Assembly (NCBI GenBank): GCA_963921275.4
Contig: OZ001293.3
Span: 1,952,001-2,016,000 of the forward strand
Direction of reading: 5' to 3'
Source of the DNA: an uncultured Hormoscilla sp.
GTDB taxonomy: Bacteria > Cyanobacteriota > Cyanobacteriia > Cyanobacteriales > Desertifilaceae
DNA: 64,000 nt
This document shows positions 1 to 10,339 of the stretch, one piece after another. Position 1 is the stretch's first letter. The number at the start of each line of letters is the position of its first letter. The translations under genes and the position numbers were made by a program. Under the pieces are notes generated by a model. That model saw nothing but the letters and a program-made list of their open reading frames with translations, was not told where the DNA came from and ran no database searches.

Positions 1-342
1 CAAGCTCATGTCCTCGTGGCGGAAAATCAGCTGAGTTTAGCCATTGGCAAGGAAGGACAGAACGTCCGTCTGGCTGCTCGCCTGACCAGTTGGAAAATTG
101 ATATCAAAGATAACGCCTCTTACGACCATGAAGCCGAAAGCCTCAAGATTGCAGCTATAGTAGAGGCTCGTCAACTTGAAGATCTCGCCTCGGACGAAGA
201 GCTGGAACTGGAAGTTGAACCGGATTCACTCTCACCGGTAGCAACATCAGACCCCGATCGGGTGGCCGCTGACGACCAAGCAGATGTTGTAGAGACAGCT
301 GTGAATCCATCAGTACCGGAAACGGAGACTGATGATTGGTGA
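1..342 (+). CDS. nusA: Transcription termination factor NusA, 3' part (runs off the window start)
   Basis: KH2 motif [27 protein letters not shown] plus acidic tail; upstream of ylxR-infB. Confidence 0.95.
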   Translation, partial: QAHVLVAENQLSLAIGKEGQNVRLAARLTSWKIDIKDNASYDHEAESLKIAAIVEARQLEDLASDEELELEVEPDSLSPVATSDPDRVAADDQADVVETAVNPSVPETETDDW

Positions 343-409
343 TGGATGGCTGATAACTATTGACTGACAGCGTCTTCCATCCATAACTGCCCAATCCCCA
401 TTTCCAATC

Positions 410-745
410 ATGTTACCCAACTATCGCCGTTGTATTAGTTGCCGGAAGGTAGCTAGCAAAGAAGCTTTTTGGCGCATTGTCAGAGTATATCCTTCTGGAC
501 AGTTACAATTAGATCTGGGCATGGGGCGTTCGGCCTATCTATGTCCAGAGCAGGAGTGCCTCAAAGCAGCTCAGAAGAAAAATCGCTTGGGGAAGGCCCT
601 GAGAGCCAGAGTCCCCCAAGAAATATACCAAACTCTGTGGGAACGCTTAGGGGCGGTGTCTCCTGGGAGCGCTACTCGCACTACCCAGGAGACACCGGCC
701 GCTGGTCCAGGAGATATATCCCCGAAACAGCCTGACTGCAGCTGA
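410..745 (+). CDS. ylxR: YlxR/DUF448 RNA-binding protein; C-terminal tail contains a 42-nt repeat insertion
   Basis: RRCISCRK...GRSAYLC motifs; nusA-ylxR-infB synteny. Confidence 0.92.
   Translation: MLPNYRRCISCRKVASKEAFWRIVRVYPSGQLQLDLGMGRSAYLCPEQECLKAAQKKNRLGKALRARVPQEIYQTLWERLGAVSPGSATRTTQETPAAGPGDISPKQPDCS
655..696. repeat. 42-nt hairpin micro-element inserted in frame in ylxR
   Basis: 13-bp stem GGTGTCTCCTGGG/CCCAGGAGACACC around loop AGCGCTACTCGCACTA (reverse complement of the family loop TAGTGCGAGTAGCGCT). Confidence 0.85.
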
Positions 746-1496
746 GCAACTGTCTGAGGAGGCCAACAGTGGCGGTGACTGGAAAGGGATTTAACCATTT
801 TGAAAAATCTCCGAGAAAGGAAACCCGCTCAAGGCGACGCTTTCAGTCTCTCATTTGTAGCATTTTTTTATGCATTTGGAATAAGGGAGTCTGGCACCGC
901 TTGCCTTGGGACCAGTAGCTCACCAGGATGAGTGGCGATCCAAATGGCTGTGATGGTATTAAAATAAAAAGAGGAAGTAAACTTTATTGCCTCATGGCGG
1001 GTGGAAAGGAAAGCAAAAAGGTTCGTATGCAATCGAGTTGCTTGACGGTGTCCCAAGGGGCCCCCAGTCCGCAGACAGTGAAAGCTGTCTCATCTGATGA
1101 TAGCCCAGAGGCAAGGAAAACAGCGTCTGCTTGGGTTGCCTGGCAGAGCAGGCAACCCAAAAGTGAGACTGCTGGTAATATGGTAGACAAGCATGAGTCC
1201 GCTTGGATCTTGCTTGTCTACTGGCAGAGGGGCAATTAGGGTTCGATCGCTTGACGTACTCGGCCCCTGGAGATTAGACCTCTTGCAAAAGTCGATTTGG
1301 GCTACGTAATATCAATACTTGCAGCCCCCTATTTGGATCCATTTTGGCATTTATGCAAGAGGTCTATTGTGTAAAATCAGGAACTCACGACTAGGGCGCG
1401 AGACTGATGATAAGGAGCAAAAAAAATTGTAGTCGCTTCTCGATCGGGAGGCAGGCCATGATGTGAAAACTGGTAGGTAGGAAAGAGGAAGAGTGG

Positions 1497-4400
1497 ATGA
1501 ACAACGGCAAAGTAAGAATTTACGAGCTATCAAAGGAATTGGATTCGGAGAATAAGAACATATTGAAAGTTTGCGAGAAGCTAAACATCACAGTGAAAAG
1601 CCACAGCAGCACAATATCAGCATCAGATGCTGAACGCATTCGTGCCCACGCAGAAAAACACCCAGAAGAATTAGTCAGCCACTCATCTCAATCTGCCAGT
1701 GTCAGCTCGGCATCAATTGACACAGAATCAGCACCAGACACGCCGCCAGTAAAAAAACGGCAAGAAATTCTGGAAATTCGCCCAAATAGTAAGCCGATGT
1801 ATGCTAATGGTTCTCACAATCAGAGTGGGGCAACGAAGCCTCAGAAGCTAAGGGCTCCGAAGAAACCAGTTCATCAGCATCCAAGTCAAAGTAGTGAGTT
1901 ATCGGCGGCGAATGTTGAACTTCCGTCCCCCCCCAAACCCCGCACGAAAGGAGGTGCTGCCGAATCAATCGGGCGGAATGAAGAAAAAAGCCCGGCGTCG
2001 GAGCCAACTCGGGAATTGACAGTGGATAGGCAGGTGGAAGAAAAGCCGGAACTAATTGGTCCGCCAGTAAAGCGACAAGAAATAAAAACAGAGAATCGGC
2101 CAGCCATAAGCGTTATTGGTGAAGGGTCGGAAAAGCCAAAGGGACGAAGGAATCGGGAAGAAAATAAGCAGCAGTACCGGAAAGAACAAGACCACAAGAA
2201 ATTTAATCAGTCCAAGGAAATCGCAGAGGAAGAAGGCAAGAATATTCCGAGGTCCTCATCAGAACAGAAGGGAAAGGGGGTGGAAAATGCGGAGACAATT
2301 GTGTCTAATCGACCGATAATAAAACGGTCCAAAAATAAGGAGAAGAAACAGGATACGTCTGAGAAACAATCGGCAAGCAAAAATTGGACAGAGCCCCATA
2401 AACCGCCATTAAAACGAGTAGAGAGCCAAAAAATAGTCAGACTGGCATCGCGGGAAGGCTCCAAGAGTCGTAGTGGACTACGAGATGAGGCATCCTCAAC
2501 GGGGACGCAACCGGTATTAGAACTGCGACGGCCCCGCCCGATGGGTCCAACGACAGCCCCAACAGATCGCTCGGATGAGGAATTATCGTCATCGCTGGTA
2601 TTACGAAAAGACGTGTCCGACAGCTCAGATGCGGATGAGAATACTAAATATCGGGAGCTGAAGCGACCTGTACCACGTCCACCTAAGCGAGTGAAAAAAC
2701 GGGAGGAGGAAAAGGAAGAGGATGAACAGATAGAAAGTAAAAAGGTCCCAAAAGCGCCAGCGAAGGCTAAGCGGCGTCCGATAATCATCTTAGATTCCGA
2801 TTTAGATTCCGATTTGGATTCTGATTTAGATTCCGATGACGATCTGCTAGCCCCTGTGGAAGTCAGTTTGTCATTGGTGCGTCCGGCAAAACCGAAGGGA
2901 AGTGCAACTCATCAAAGTAAACTGGCAGCTTCGGCAGCACGACCGAGCCACAAGGGGAAAGAAGGAATAAAGAGTCAGAAAACATCGGCTCGCAATCATC
3001 GGGAACAGGCTTCAAAAGAAAAGCCATCGAAAATTGTGCTTAAAGGTGGACTGACAGTGCAAGAGCTGGCGAGTCTCCTAGTTGTGCCGTCTCCGGAGAT
3101 TGTCAAGGGGCTGTTCTATAAAGGAATTGCCGCGACGGTAACCCAAACCCTGGATGTAGAGACGGCAAGTCTAGTAGCCCAAGAGCTAGGGGTGGAGGTG
3201 GAAATGGCGTCGGCTGAGTCTGAGGCTCGGAAAGTAACGGAGATGCTGGATGAGGCAGACTTGGAAAACTTGCAACGTCGTCCACCGGTGGTGACGATTA
3301 TGGGCCATGTTGACCACGGAAAAACGACTTTGCTGGACTCGATTAGAAAAACTAAGGTGGCACAGGGAGAAGCTGGTGGGATTACTCAGCATATTGGTGC
3401 CTATCATGTGGATGTGGAACATGGAGGGTCTCAAGCTCAGATCGTTTTCTTGGATACTCCGGGTCACGAAGCCTTCACGGCAATGCGGGCGCGAGGGGCA
3501 CGAGTTACAGATATTGCGATTCTGGTGGTGGCGGCTGATGATGGGGTGCGCCCTCAAACAATTGAGGCAATTAGTCATGCTCAGGCGGCGGAAGTGCCGC
3601 TGGTGGTGGCAATTAATAAAATTGACAAGGAGGGTGCCCAGCCCGATCGGGTGAAGCAGGAGTTGATGGATCATGGTCTGGTGCCAGAAGAATGGGGCGG
3701 CGAGACGATAATGGTGCCGGTGAGCGCGATCGAGGGAGAAAATCTGGATACGCTCTTGGAAATGATTCTGTTGGTAGCTGAAATAGAAGAACTCTCTGCC
3801 AACCCAGACCGAGTGGCAAAGGGAACGGTGATAGAAGCGCATCTGGATAAGGCGAAAGGTCCAGTGGCGACGCTACTGGTGCAAAATGGAACGCTGCGGG
3901 TGGGAGATACTCTGCTGGCAGGTGCGGCGATCGGGAAGGTGCGTGCAATGATAGACGATCGGGGTCAGCGGGTGGAAACGGCGGGCCCTTCTTGTGCGGT
4001 GGCGGTTTTGGGACTGGGGAATGTGCCGTCGGCAGGGAATGAGTTCCTGGTGTTTGCTGACGAAAAAGAAGCTAAGGCTCTCGCCCAAGCGCGGAGCCTT
4101 GAACAACAGGAATCTCGTTGGCAACAGGCAATGGCATCCCGACGAGTCACTCTCAATAGTCTCAGCGCCCGCGCTCAAGAGGGCGAACTCAAGGAGCTAA
4201 ACCTGGTCTTGAAGGCAGATGTTCAAGGTTCGGTGGAGGCGATTTTGGGATCGCTCAAACAGCTGCCTCAAAATGAAGTGCAAGTGCGAGTGCTGTTGGC
4301 TGCTCCGGGGGAGATCGCGCAAACGGATGTGGATCTGGCGGCGGCGTCAGATGCGGTGATCATTGGCTTCAACACGAATTTTGCCAGTGGGGCCCGAGCT

Positions 4401-4808
4401 GCTGCTGACGATGCGGGTGTAGACGTGCGCGAATATGATGTCATCTATAGTCTGCTGGACGATATCCAGGGAGCGATGGAAGGTCTGCTGGATCCAGAAA
4501 TGGTCGAAGAAGAACTGGGCTCTGTGGAAGTGCGTGCTGTATTTAATGTGGGTAAGGGTGTGGTCGCTGGCTGCTATGTGCTCTCTGGTAAGGCGGTGCG
4601 CAACTGTAATCTGCGGGTCTATCGCGGCAAGAATGTGATTTATGAAGGCATTCTCGACTCGCTCAAACGGATGAAGGATGATGTTAAGGAGGTTAGTGCT
4701 GGCTTCGAGTGTGGGATCGGTGTTGACAAATTCAATGACTGGGCGGGAAATGATATCATCGAAACCTACCGGATGGTGACTAAGCGACGTACTCTCTCAT
4801 CAAAATAG
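1497..4808 (+). CDS. infB: Translation initiation factor IF-2
   Basis: N-terminal [11 protein letters not shown]; GTPase motifs [18 protein letters not shown]-terminal GFECGIG. Confidence 0.99.
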   Translation: MNNGKVRIYELSKELDSENKNILKVCEKLNITVKSHSSTISASDAERIRAHAEKHPEELVSHSSQSASVSSASIDTESAPDTPPVKKRQEILEIRPNSKPMYANGSHNQSGATKPQKLRAPKKPVHQHPSQSSELSAANVELPSPPKPRTKGGAAESIGRNEEKSPASEPTRELTVDRQVEEKPELIGPPVKRQEIKTENRPAISVIGEGSEKPKGRRNREENKQQYRKEQDHKKFNQSKEIAEEEGKNIPRSSSEQKGKGVENAETIVSNRPIIKRSKNKEKKQDTSEKQSASKNWTEPHKPPLKRVESQKIVRLASREGSKSRSGLRDEASSTGTQPVLELRRPRPMGPTTAPTDRSDEELSSSLVLRKDVSDSSDADENTKYRELKRPVPRPPKRVKKREEEKEEDEQIESKKVPKAPAKAKRRPIIILDSDLDSDLDSDLDSDDDLLAPVEVSLSLVRPAKPKGSATHQSKLAASAARPSHKGKEGIKSQKTSARNHREQASKEKPSKIVLKGGLTVQELASLLVVPSPEIVKGLFYKGIAATVTQTLDVETASLVAQELGVEVEMASAESEARKVTEMLDEADLENLQRRPPVVTIMGHVDHGKTTLLDSIRKTKVAQGEAGGITQHIGAYHVDVEHGGSQAQIVFLDTPGHEAFTAMRARGARVTDIAILVVAADDGVRPQTIEAISHAQAAEVPLVVAINKIDKEGAQPDRVKQELMDHGLVPEEWGGETIMVPVSAIEGENLDTLLEMILLVAEIEELSANPDRVAKGTVIEAHLDKAKGPVATLLVQNGTLRVGDTLLAGAAIGKVRAMIDDRGQRVETAGPSCAVAVLGLGNVPSAGNEFLVFADEKEAKALAQARSLEQQESRWQQAMASRRVTLNSLSARAQEGELKELNLVLKADVQGSVEAILGSLKQLPQNEVQVRVLLAAPGEIAQTDVDLAAASDAVIIGFNTNFASGARAAADDAGVDVREYDVIYSLLDDIQGAMEGLLDPEMVEEELGSVEVRAVFNVGKGVVAGCYVLSGKAVRNCNLRVYRGKNVIYEGILDSLKRMKDDVKEVSAGFECGIGVDKFNDWAGNDIIETYRMVTKRRTLSSK

Positions 4809-4838
4809 GCATGGGCTCGTTGGTGCGGTAGATGGCTG

Positions 4839-4872
4839 GGCTCCGGTAGTAACTGTGTGGCTACCGGAGCTT
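4839..4872 (+). terminator. Hairpin downstream of infB (possible terminator)
   Basis: GCTCCGGTAG...CTACCGGAGC stem; weak U tract. Confidence 0.5.
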
Positions 4873-5119
4873 CAACTCCCTCGGGATGGGCGCATCGCTC
4901 GCTTTGGGGGGCAGGGGGCAGGGGGAATGTCCTTCATTTTAGAGAGGGATGAGCGGGATATCTGACCGGGATGGATGCTTCAAGAGGATACGCCCCCTCG
5001 GAATACAGGGAAGACTGGCTCCGAATTTGTGGCTGATAGCTGCTGGCTAGGGAAAAAAATGTGATCGATGAGACAGAAGCTAATTGAAAATTAAGTTATA
5101 TTAAAAGGAAATAAAAATA

Positions 5120-5237
5120 GGCGTTGCACATTTTGGGGATGATGCCCTTTTTTGCACAGGCTACGCTACTGAAAATGGCTTGTAGTCTAAGTTTGAGAGT
5201 TCTGCAACTATCTCCATCATCCCGTCCGAAGTGCAAC
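5120..5237. mobile_element. ~118-bp MITE with the same ends as the IS1-family element at 40738
   Basis: Left end GGCGTTGCACATTTTGGGGATGATG, right end CATCATCCCGTCCGAAGTGCAAC; flanked by AAAAATA on both sides. Confidence 0.75.
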
Positions 5238-5321
5238 AAAAATATTGAAAGCGCTCCATGAGTGCGAATGCTTTTAATATGAGTTGATTTTCATAGTACA
5301 TTCACTAGCTAGGAGGAGTTT

Positions 5322-5519
5322 ATGTCGAGTTTGACTTTATCACCCAGCTGTAGCTCGGATGCGGAAATATGGGAAAACCTCAAAGGTGCGATCGCCTCTA
5401 GTTCGGGGTTTGAGCGTTGGCGAAGCGAACGCAGTGCAGACGCCGAGATCCAGAGCCTGAGTAAAGAGCAGCAGGTGCGCATTTACCTGCGGGAAACTTT
5501 AGAAACTCTGGCTTACTAA
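5322..5519 (+). CDS. Small conserved cyanobacterial hypothetical protein (65 aa)
   Basis: AGGAGG RBS 4 nt upstream; ends with the YLRETLETLAY motif seen in a conserved cyanobacterial family. Confidence 0.8.
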   Translation: MSSLTLSPSCSSDAEIWENLKGAIASSSGFERWRSERSADAEIQSLSKEQQVRIYLRETLETLAY

Positions 5520-5536
5520 GGCTTACTAAAAGGTGG

Positions 5537-5568
5537 TAATTCCCATCCCTGTTCGGGGATGGGAATTA
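5537..5568. terminator. Bidirectional terminator-like hairpin between convergent ORFs
   Basis: TAATTCCCATCCC-TGTTCG-GGGATGGGAATTA. Confidence 0.7.
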
Positions 5569-5577
5569 TTATGTTAA

Positions 5578-5905
5578 TCAGAAAAGATCGATAATATTCA
5601 AGATGCCTTGGATGGGTCTGGCTAAGCGGGTCAGCTGATTGTAAGCATCAGTGAGGAGATCGCCTTCAAGATGGACTTGTTGGGTAGGGTATTTTTGAAT
5701 GGTTTCCATGAGTGTGATTTGACCGTCGTCACTGGCCGAGAGGATGAGGGCCGATCGTAAGGCTTGCCGAGATGCTTGATGGGAGGGGGTATGCACTGCT
5801 AAACTGAGGCGATCGAGGATCAGTTCACCCATCTGGCTATTGAGTACCCGATCGAGAAAGATCAGATTGACTGGGACGGGTGTGGTGAGGGTGCGGCGAA
5901 GATTG
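5578..5905 (-). pseudogene. C-terminal fragment of a DUF1400 (alpha/beta hydrolase-associated) protein
   Basis: FLDRVLNSQMGELILDRL...QALRSALILSASDDGQITLMETIQKYPTQQVHLEG; no native N-terminus. Confidence 0.65.
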
Positions 5906-6091
5906 TCGCAGACCTCGGTAAGGTGCTTTCGCTTCTGCTTTGAGTCGAGCATATTTTTCCGGACTCAGCTTGCCGTGTCCCTTTACATGCGTTCTATCGT
6001 AGTTTCTCATGCCTGTCAAGGGTTCCGAGGAGCCGGTTGGTGGGTTCGGTGTTGGCTTGTTTGAGCCTGCTGGGTCTGTCATAGGTTTCAT
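5900..6091 (-). pseudogene. N-terminal fragment of a DUF3493 protein
   Basis: KLSPEKYARLKAEAKAPYRGLRQ motif, then abrupt loss of similarity. Confidence 0.7.
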
Positions 6092-6107
6092 CTGTTGTTG
6101 TTAGGTT

Positions 6108-6273
6108 AACTCAAGTTGCTACCTATAAAAATTGCGACCTCCCAGACAGCCATTTTGGTAAATTTATTCGCCAAAATGCTGTTTTGGGGTAAATCACAAG
6201 GTAATTTTGGCTGATTTTGGCTGATTTTGGCGCTTTGCAAGGAGTTGAGGTTCTATAGGTAGCAACTTAGGTT
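6108..6273. mobile_element. 166-bp MITE
   Basis: TIR AACTCAAGTTGCTACCTATA / TATAGGTAGCAACTTAGGTT; 5-bp direct repeat AGGTT at 6103-6107 and 6274-6278. Confidence 0.75.
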
Positions 6274-6350
6274 AGGTTAATATTGTCTAGAAAATTTTTC
6301 TCGGGAAGCACACAATAGCAAAAAGCGTGCTATACTAGGAAAAAGTATGT

Positions 6351-6422
6351 GCCGGTGTAGCTCAGTGGTAGAGCATTCGATTCGTAATCGAACGGTCAGC
6401 GGTTCAAATCCGCTCATCGGCT
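6351..6422 (+). tRNA. trnT: tRNA-Thr(CGT)
   Basis: Acceptor stem GCCGGTG/CATCGGC; anticodon arm TTCGA-TT CGT AA-TCGAA; T-loop GGTTCAAATCC; no encoded CCA; TATACT at 6331. Confidence 0.97.
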
Positions 6423-6455
6423 TGGTTTGGATGATTAGTTGATTAGTAATTGTAA

Positions 6456-6621
6456 CTGGACAGTGCGAAGTTCTTTGGGGAACTGCTTGAAAGGAAGCGG
6501 GTTTGGGCCCGATCGACCTATATGCAGCAATTCGCGGGATCCGAAAGGCTTACAGCCTTTCGGATCAAGGGGTTCAGCTTTTAGGATAGGTCATATTTTC
6601 AGAGAACTTCGCACTCTCCAG
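6456..6621. other. Long nested inverted-repeat structure
   Basis: Outer arms CTGGACAGTGCGAAGTTCTTTG / CAGAGAACTTCGCACTCTCCAG; inner GACCTAT/ATAGGTC and GATCCGAAAGGCT/AGCCTTTCGGATC. Confidence 0.75.
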
Positions 6622-6736
6622 AACTGAGGTAATTTAAATGAAATCCTTACAAGGCTTGCGGTTTCCGCCGCGTTCGCCCCTCCCGAAAATTTACACAAAT
6701 GATTTAGGTTCGCTATAAATTGAGAGTACCACGTCC

Positions 6737-6792
6737 TCGTGTCACTTGACAAGCATGAGAAGATATTTTATCATGCTTGTCAAGTGACACGA
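6737..6792. repeat. Perfect 22-bp inverted repeat with a 12-nt loop
   Basis: TCGTGTCACTTGACAAGCATGA / TCATGCTTGTCAAGTGACACGA. Confidence 0.9.
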
Positions 6793-6882
6793 ACGCCACA
6801 TTCACTCCTATTTACAACTAGCAGAAAGACTATGGCCTTTGACCAATGAACCGATAGCAAATCGTAGCGATCGCATGTCCTA

Positions 6883-7720
6883 GCTCCGCCTAGGAACGAC
6901 AATTTGAGGCAGAGCCTCTAGTCAAGCATCTCTATTCTATCACCTTCTGCCTCTGGGTAAACTACACGCAAAATATACCCGATCGCCCGTTCTAACCGGT
7001 TGCCAGGCGATCGCCTCTTTCGCTTCGTTGTTAGCCCGCCCGGGGTTCAAACCTCGGGCTAATAGCTTAAGTCGGTTGAAAACCGACTACCACCTTTTCT
7101 ATTATATACCCTTTCGCTTCATTGTTCCGCCTGGGAACGACAATTTGAGGCAGAGCCTCTAGTCAAGCATCTCTATTCTATCACCTTCTGCCTCTGGAGG
7201 AAACTCAACCCCAAATCTCCCCGATCTCCTGTTCTAACCGGTTGCCTGGCGATCGCCCATTTTGCCAGAAAACCCGATCGCCCCTAACCTGCTCTCCGAT
7301 GGCGTGCGCTTTGGGCTTACCGTCACCCCCGATCGCCAGTCCTTTCGCCCTAACAATTCCCACCAGAAATGTAGGGCTGCTGAACCCTTGCATCCCTACT
7401 TGTAATAGCCAATTACACCATATTTTTATCTTGACACATTCTTTTGGCATTTTCAACCACTTTTTGATATTTATTTTACCGAAATTAATAAAATTTTAGC
7501 GATTCTTTATAAGACATATAAATTAAATACTATCATCATATGGCCGAGCGATCGCTTCGAACCTACTCTCCGATAATGCCTGCGCTTTGGGCGCTTACCA
7601 TCACCCCCGATCGCCAGTCCAACAATCCATCAGGAATGTCGGGGTGCTGAACGCCTGCATCCCTACTTGTAATAGCCGATTCAATCATATCTTTATCATG
7701 GCACATTTTTTGGGCATTGT
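6883..7720. repeat. Two pairs of diverged direct duplications (~6883-7016 vs ~7125-7258; ~7294-7452 vs ~7568-7718)
   Basis: Shared GGAACGACAATTTGAGGCAGAGCCTCTAGTCAAGCATCTC block and shared CCGATCGCCAGTCC...GCATCCCTACTTGTAATAGCC block. Confidence 0.85.
7033..7088. repeat. REP-like double hairpin (family also at ~8540-8617 and ~11203-11257)
   Basis: AGTCGGTTNAAACCGACT hairpin plus GCCCGGGG...CCCCGGCGGGCT hairpin. Confidence 0.7.
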
Positions 7721-7919
7721 AAAGTAATTTTTGCTATTTGTTTTGACAAATAAAAATTCGCGATCGTTTAGCAAGACATAGATCACATGAATGCATTGAT
7801 GATGGCAGTAATTTTGAATTGCTGAGTCCTTGCATTCGAGTACCCAGAAACCGGGTTTCTTAGTCCTTGTCTACGAACCTGCAAATGCTAAAGCGTTTAC
7901 TACGAACGGAAATTATCAT

Positions 7920-8464
7920 CTATTTCTTCTCAGCGGCCTTGCGCAAGATTTCATCAATGTAAATGTAGACTTGAGAGGAACCATCTGAACTTTGAGAAAG
8001 GGGAGGAACTCCAGAGAGATGACCTACCTTAAATAACTGGTCAAGCAACTCACTAGCATCATCATCTTTCTTCAGAGTCCAGAGGGTGCCCTGACAACGA
8101 CCGCCGTACTGACTAGAGACGCAAATAATACGTTTACCATTTTCCTTTCCTGTGGTAATATAGTTGAGGATACCCTCTAACCTGTATTTCTAAAATTTTG
8201 CCGATACTAGATCGCACCTCTTTTCCGGTGGATAGCCCGCATCGGTGAAAGCCTCTGATTTCCAGCTTATCAATGCTAGCGGACCTCTCGTGGTTCTGGC
8301 AAAGGTTCGGTACCGTCTTGAGAGCGATCGCAGTAGTAAACAGGGGTGGGAGTCGTAGAATAAGTCTCTTCTTTAGTAGTGGACGAACCTTGCTGGCAGG
8401 CAGTAGTATTCAGAGCAATGATGGCCACTGCTGCGAGAAAAGTTTTCCGGGATTTGTTTTTCAT
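7920..8464 (-). pseudogene. COP23-domain lipoprotein pseudogene
   Basis: Signal peptide with Cys, then frameshift near 8280; continues LISWKSEAFTDAGYPPEKRCDLVSAKF*KY...YITTGKENGKRIICV with an in-frame stop. Confidence 0.75.
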
Positions 8465-8668
8465 GGCATTTCATGGGGTATAATAAAATGAATGCAATAA
8501 TAATGCTCCTGACTCGCACACTTTCTCTATAATAATTTCAGTCGGTTTTAACCGACTTAAGCCTCGTTCCCTGGCTCCCGCCTGGGAACGCAGGAGTTTG
8601 CAACCCCCGGCGGGCTATCGGGAAAAGCGCAAGATGTGAGTTTGGAAACCGGGTTTCTGGACTACCTT

Positions 8669-9634
8669 TTAGCGACTAGCATAAGCACCGATCGGCTCTT
8701 TGATAAAGCGGATATAGAGATGCTTGAAGGTAGACTTGAGCACCCGAGGCAGCCCAAAATCGATCGGGACGAGAGATGCTGGCAATTTCCAGTCATCAAC
8801 AAGCAGTTCCTCGGGGTGCAGCAGGGGAAAGTCAATATCCCCGATCGCCTGCCAGAGTCCGAGTCGCTGGGAAGCTGCTGCGGTGGGCACAGTTGCGGGG
8901 TCAACCTGCAGAATTACCAAAATTGAGCTATCGATGGCAAACAAATTAGTAGAAGCGCCCAAAATTCCCAGATAACGGGGTTCGCCATTACTCGGACCAT
9001 TACCTTCATGAGCAATTATCCCATCAATAATCGTCAAATTTGGGTTAATTGCCCGGGCCGTTTCCACCAACATTTCCCCAAAGCGGGCGCTATCTTTGCC
9101 TGCTTCCATGTGCCACCAAGCTTTCATCTTCCCTGGCACGCAACCGAACAGGTTTTTCACCCCCATCGTCATGGTCAACTGCCCGTGAGATTTTACCTTC
9201 GGCAAGTTAATCACCACATCAGCATCCATCGCCTCTTTGCACAGGCGCAGATGATTAAATTCCTCGCTGACAGTCTCATAGCGCTGGCCGTGGAATTCCA
9301 CAATCGGCAAATTCAATTCTGGGCAGGCTTGGGATTCCAGATAACCATTTGCCTTCGCCACACCTTTAGCACTGCCAAATGCAGGACTATCTCCCAAAAA
9401 TGGCTTACCTCCAGATGCTTGCACCAGTTCGGCAACGCAGTACACCAGTTCTTTGCGGGTCACACATTCCTTTGTCGGACGAGAACCAGTCAGCAAATTG
9501 GGTTTCAGCAACACCCGATCGCCCGGTTTGACAATGGCCTCTATTCCTCCCAGAGGTTCCAGCAGCTTTAACACAGACTGCCGCAGTTCTTGCAACTCAT
9601 AGGAGGAGGCCCGAATTAAACTGACAGTAGACAT
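8669..9634 (-). CDS. DUF362 domain-containing protein
   Basis: VLLKPNLL, GDSPAFGS, INLPKVKSH, GVKNLFGCVPG, HEGNGP motifs; likely start MSTVSLIRA at 9634. Confidence 0.9.
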   Translation of the reverse strand: MSTVSLIRASSYELQELRQSVLKLLEPLGGIEAIVKPGDRVLLKPNLLTGSRPTKECVTRKELVYCVAELVQASGGKPFLGDSPAFGSAKGVAKANGYLESQACPELNLPIVEFHGQRYETVSEEFNHLRLCKEAMDADVVINLPKVKSHGQLTMTMGVKNLFGCVPGKMKAWWHMEAGKDSARFGEMLVETARAINPNLTIIDGIIAHEGNGPSNGEPRYLGILGASTNLFAIDSSILVILQVDPATVPTAAASQRLGLWQAIGDIDFPLLHPEELLVDDWKLPASLVPIDFGLPRVLKSTFKHLYIRFIKEPIGAYASR

Positions 9635-9665
9635 CAATGTTACTTCCACAATAATTAACAACAAA

Positions 9666-9956
9666 CTAAACAAATCTGCCGGTAGCACCCCGCTGCATAG
9701 CCGTCACCCGATCGGCATTCGGAAACACCCCGACTCCCACTATTTCCGACAGAGGAGGCTTCACCTCCACCTTCACCACCCGGGCCATGCAGATGAATAC
9801 TGTTTGATCGAACAGATGGAATGTCAACCAGGGTCTTTCCAACAACAGATTGACTTGCTTCTTGAATTCGGCGGGCGGAACTGGTAGATTAAAGGCTTCT
9901 GACTCTCCATTGTCATAATAAAATGTGACTTGCGTTGTGTCCTGTTGACTTGGCAT
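9666..9956 (-). CDS. Conserved hypothetical protein (96 aa)
   Basis: GGAG RBS; open frame immediately upstream of DUF362 in the same orientation. Confidence 0.7.
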   Translation of the reverse strand: MPSQQDTTQVTFYYDNGESEAFNLPVPPAEFKKQVNLLLERPWLTFHLFDQTVFICMARVVKVEVKPPLSEIVGVGVFPNADRVTAMQRGATGRFV

Positions 9957-10050
9957 CGCTCCAAGGCTCCGAATTGCTTTATTCTTTAGCTTAACAGAAG
10001 ATGTAGCTTACGGGACTCGGACTCTCCTGTCGCCCGGTCCTAGGACAAGG

Positions 10051-10095
10051 CGATGCACTCGGGACAGTGCGATTAGCGCGTCCCGAGTGCATCGA
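10051..10095. repeat. Hairpin micro-element (TAGTGCGA-loop family)
   Basis: 15-bp stem CGATGCACTCGGGAC/GTCCCGAGTGCATCG around AGTGCGATTAGCGC. Confidence 0.85.
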
Positions 10096-10335
10096 AGGCT
10101 AGTAAGATATTCCCTAATGGATGGTAGATCGCCTGTTGCCAGGCCGCCGTACCGCCTGCCTTCATGATATCCACAACCCGTTGCAGGCAGGCGCGATCGG
10201 ATTCGATCGTCCTCATGGCCTTTGCGACTGGGCAGGTTGGGGTTTCTCGACGGGGGTAGTAGTCGGGTGCGTCTCGTATGACATCTGGCAGAGGATCTCT
10301 ACAGTTTCTAAACCCTCCTGAAACAATGGAAGTTC
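10095..10335 (-). pseudogene. Fragment of a cyanobacterial C-terminal helical domain, of the type found at the ends of pentapeptide/LRR proteins
   Basis: Frameshifted ETHPTTTPVEK...VAKAMRTIESD..LQRVVDIMKAGGTAAWQQAIYHPLG. Confidence 0.5.
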
Positions 10336-10339
10336 TGCT

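Noticed and set aside
928..1239. 103-aa ORF between ylxR and infB
   Set aside because: No recognisable motif or clear RBS; treated as intergenic.
6423..8000. CRISPR array or CAST/integrative element at tRNA-Thr
   Set aside because: No regularly spaced repeat-spacer units, no cas/tns/integrase gene, and no duplicated tRNA 3' end found.
9635..9688. Longer DUF362 start at 9688
   Set aside because: It overlaps the upstream gene; MSTVSLIRA at 9634 fits the family start better.
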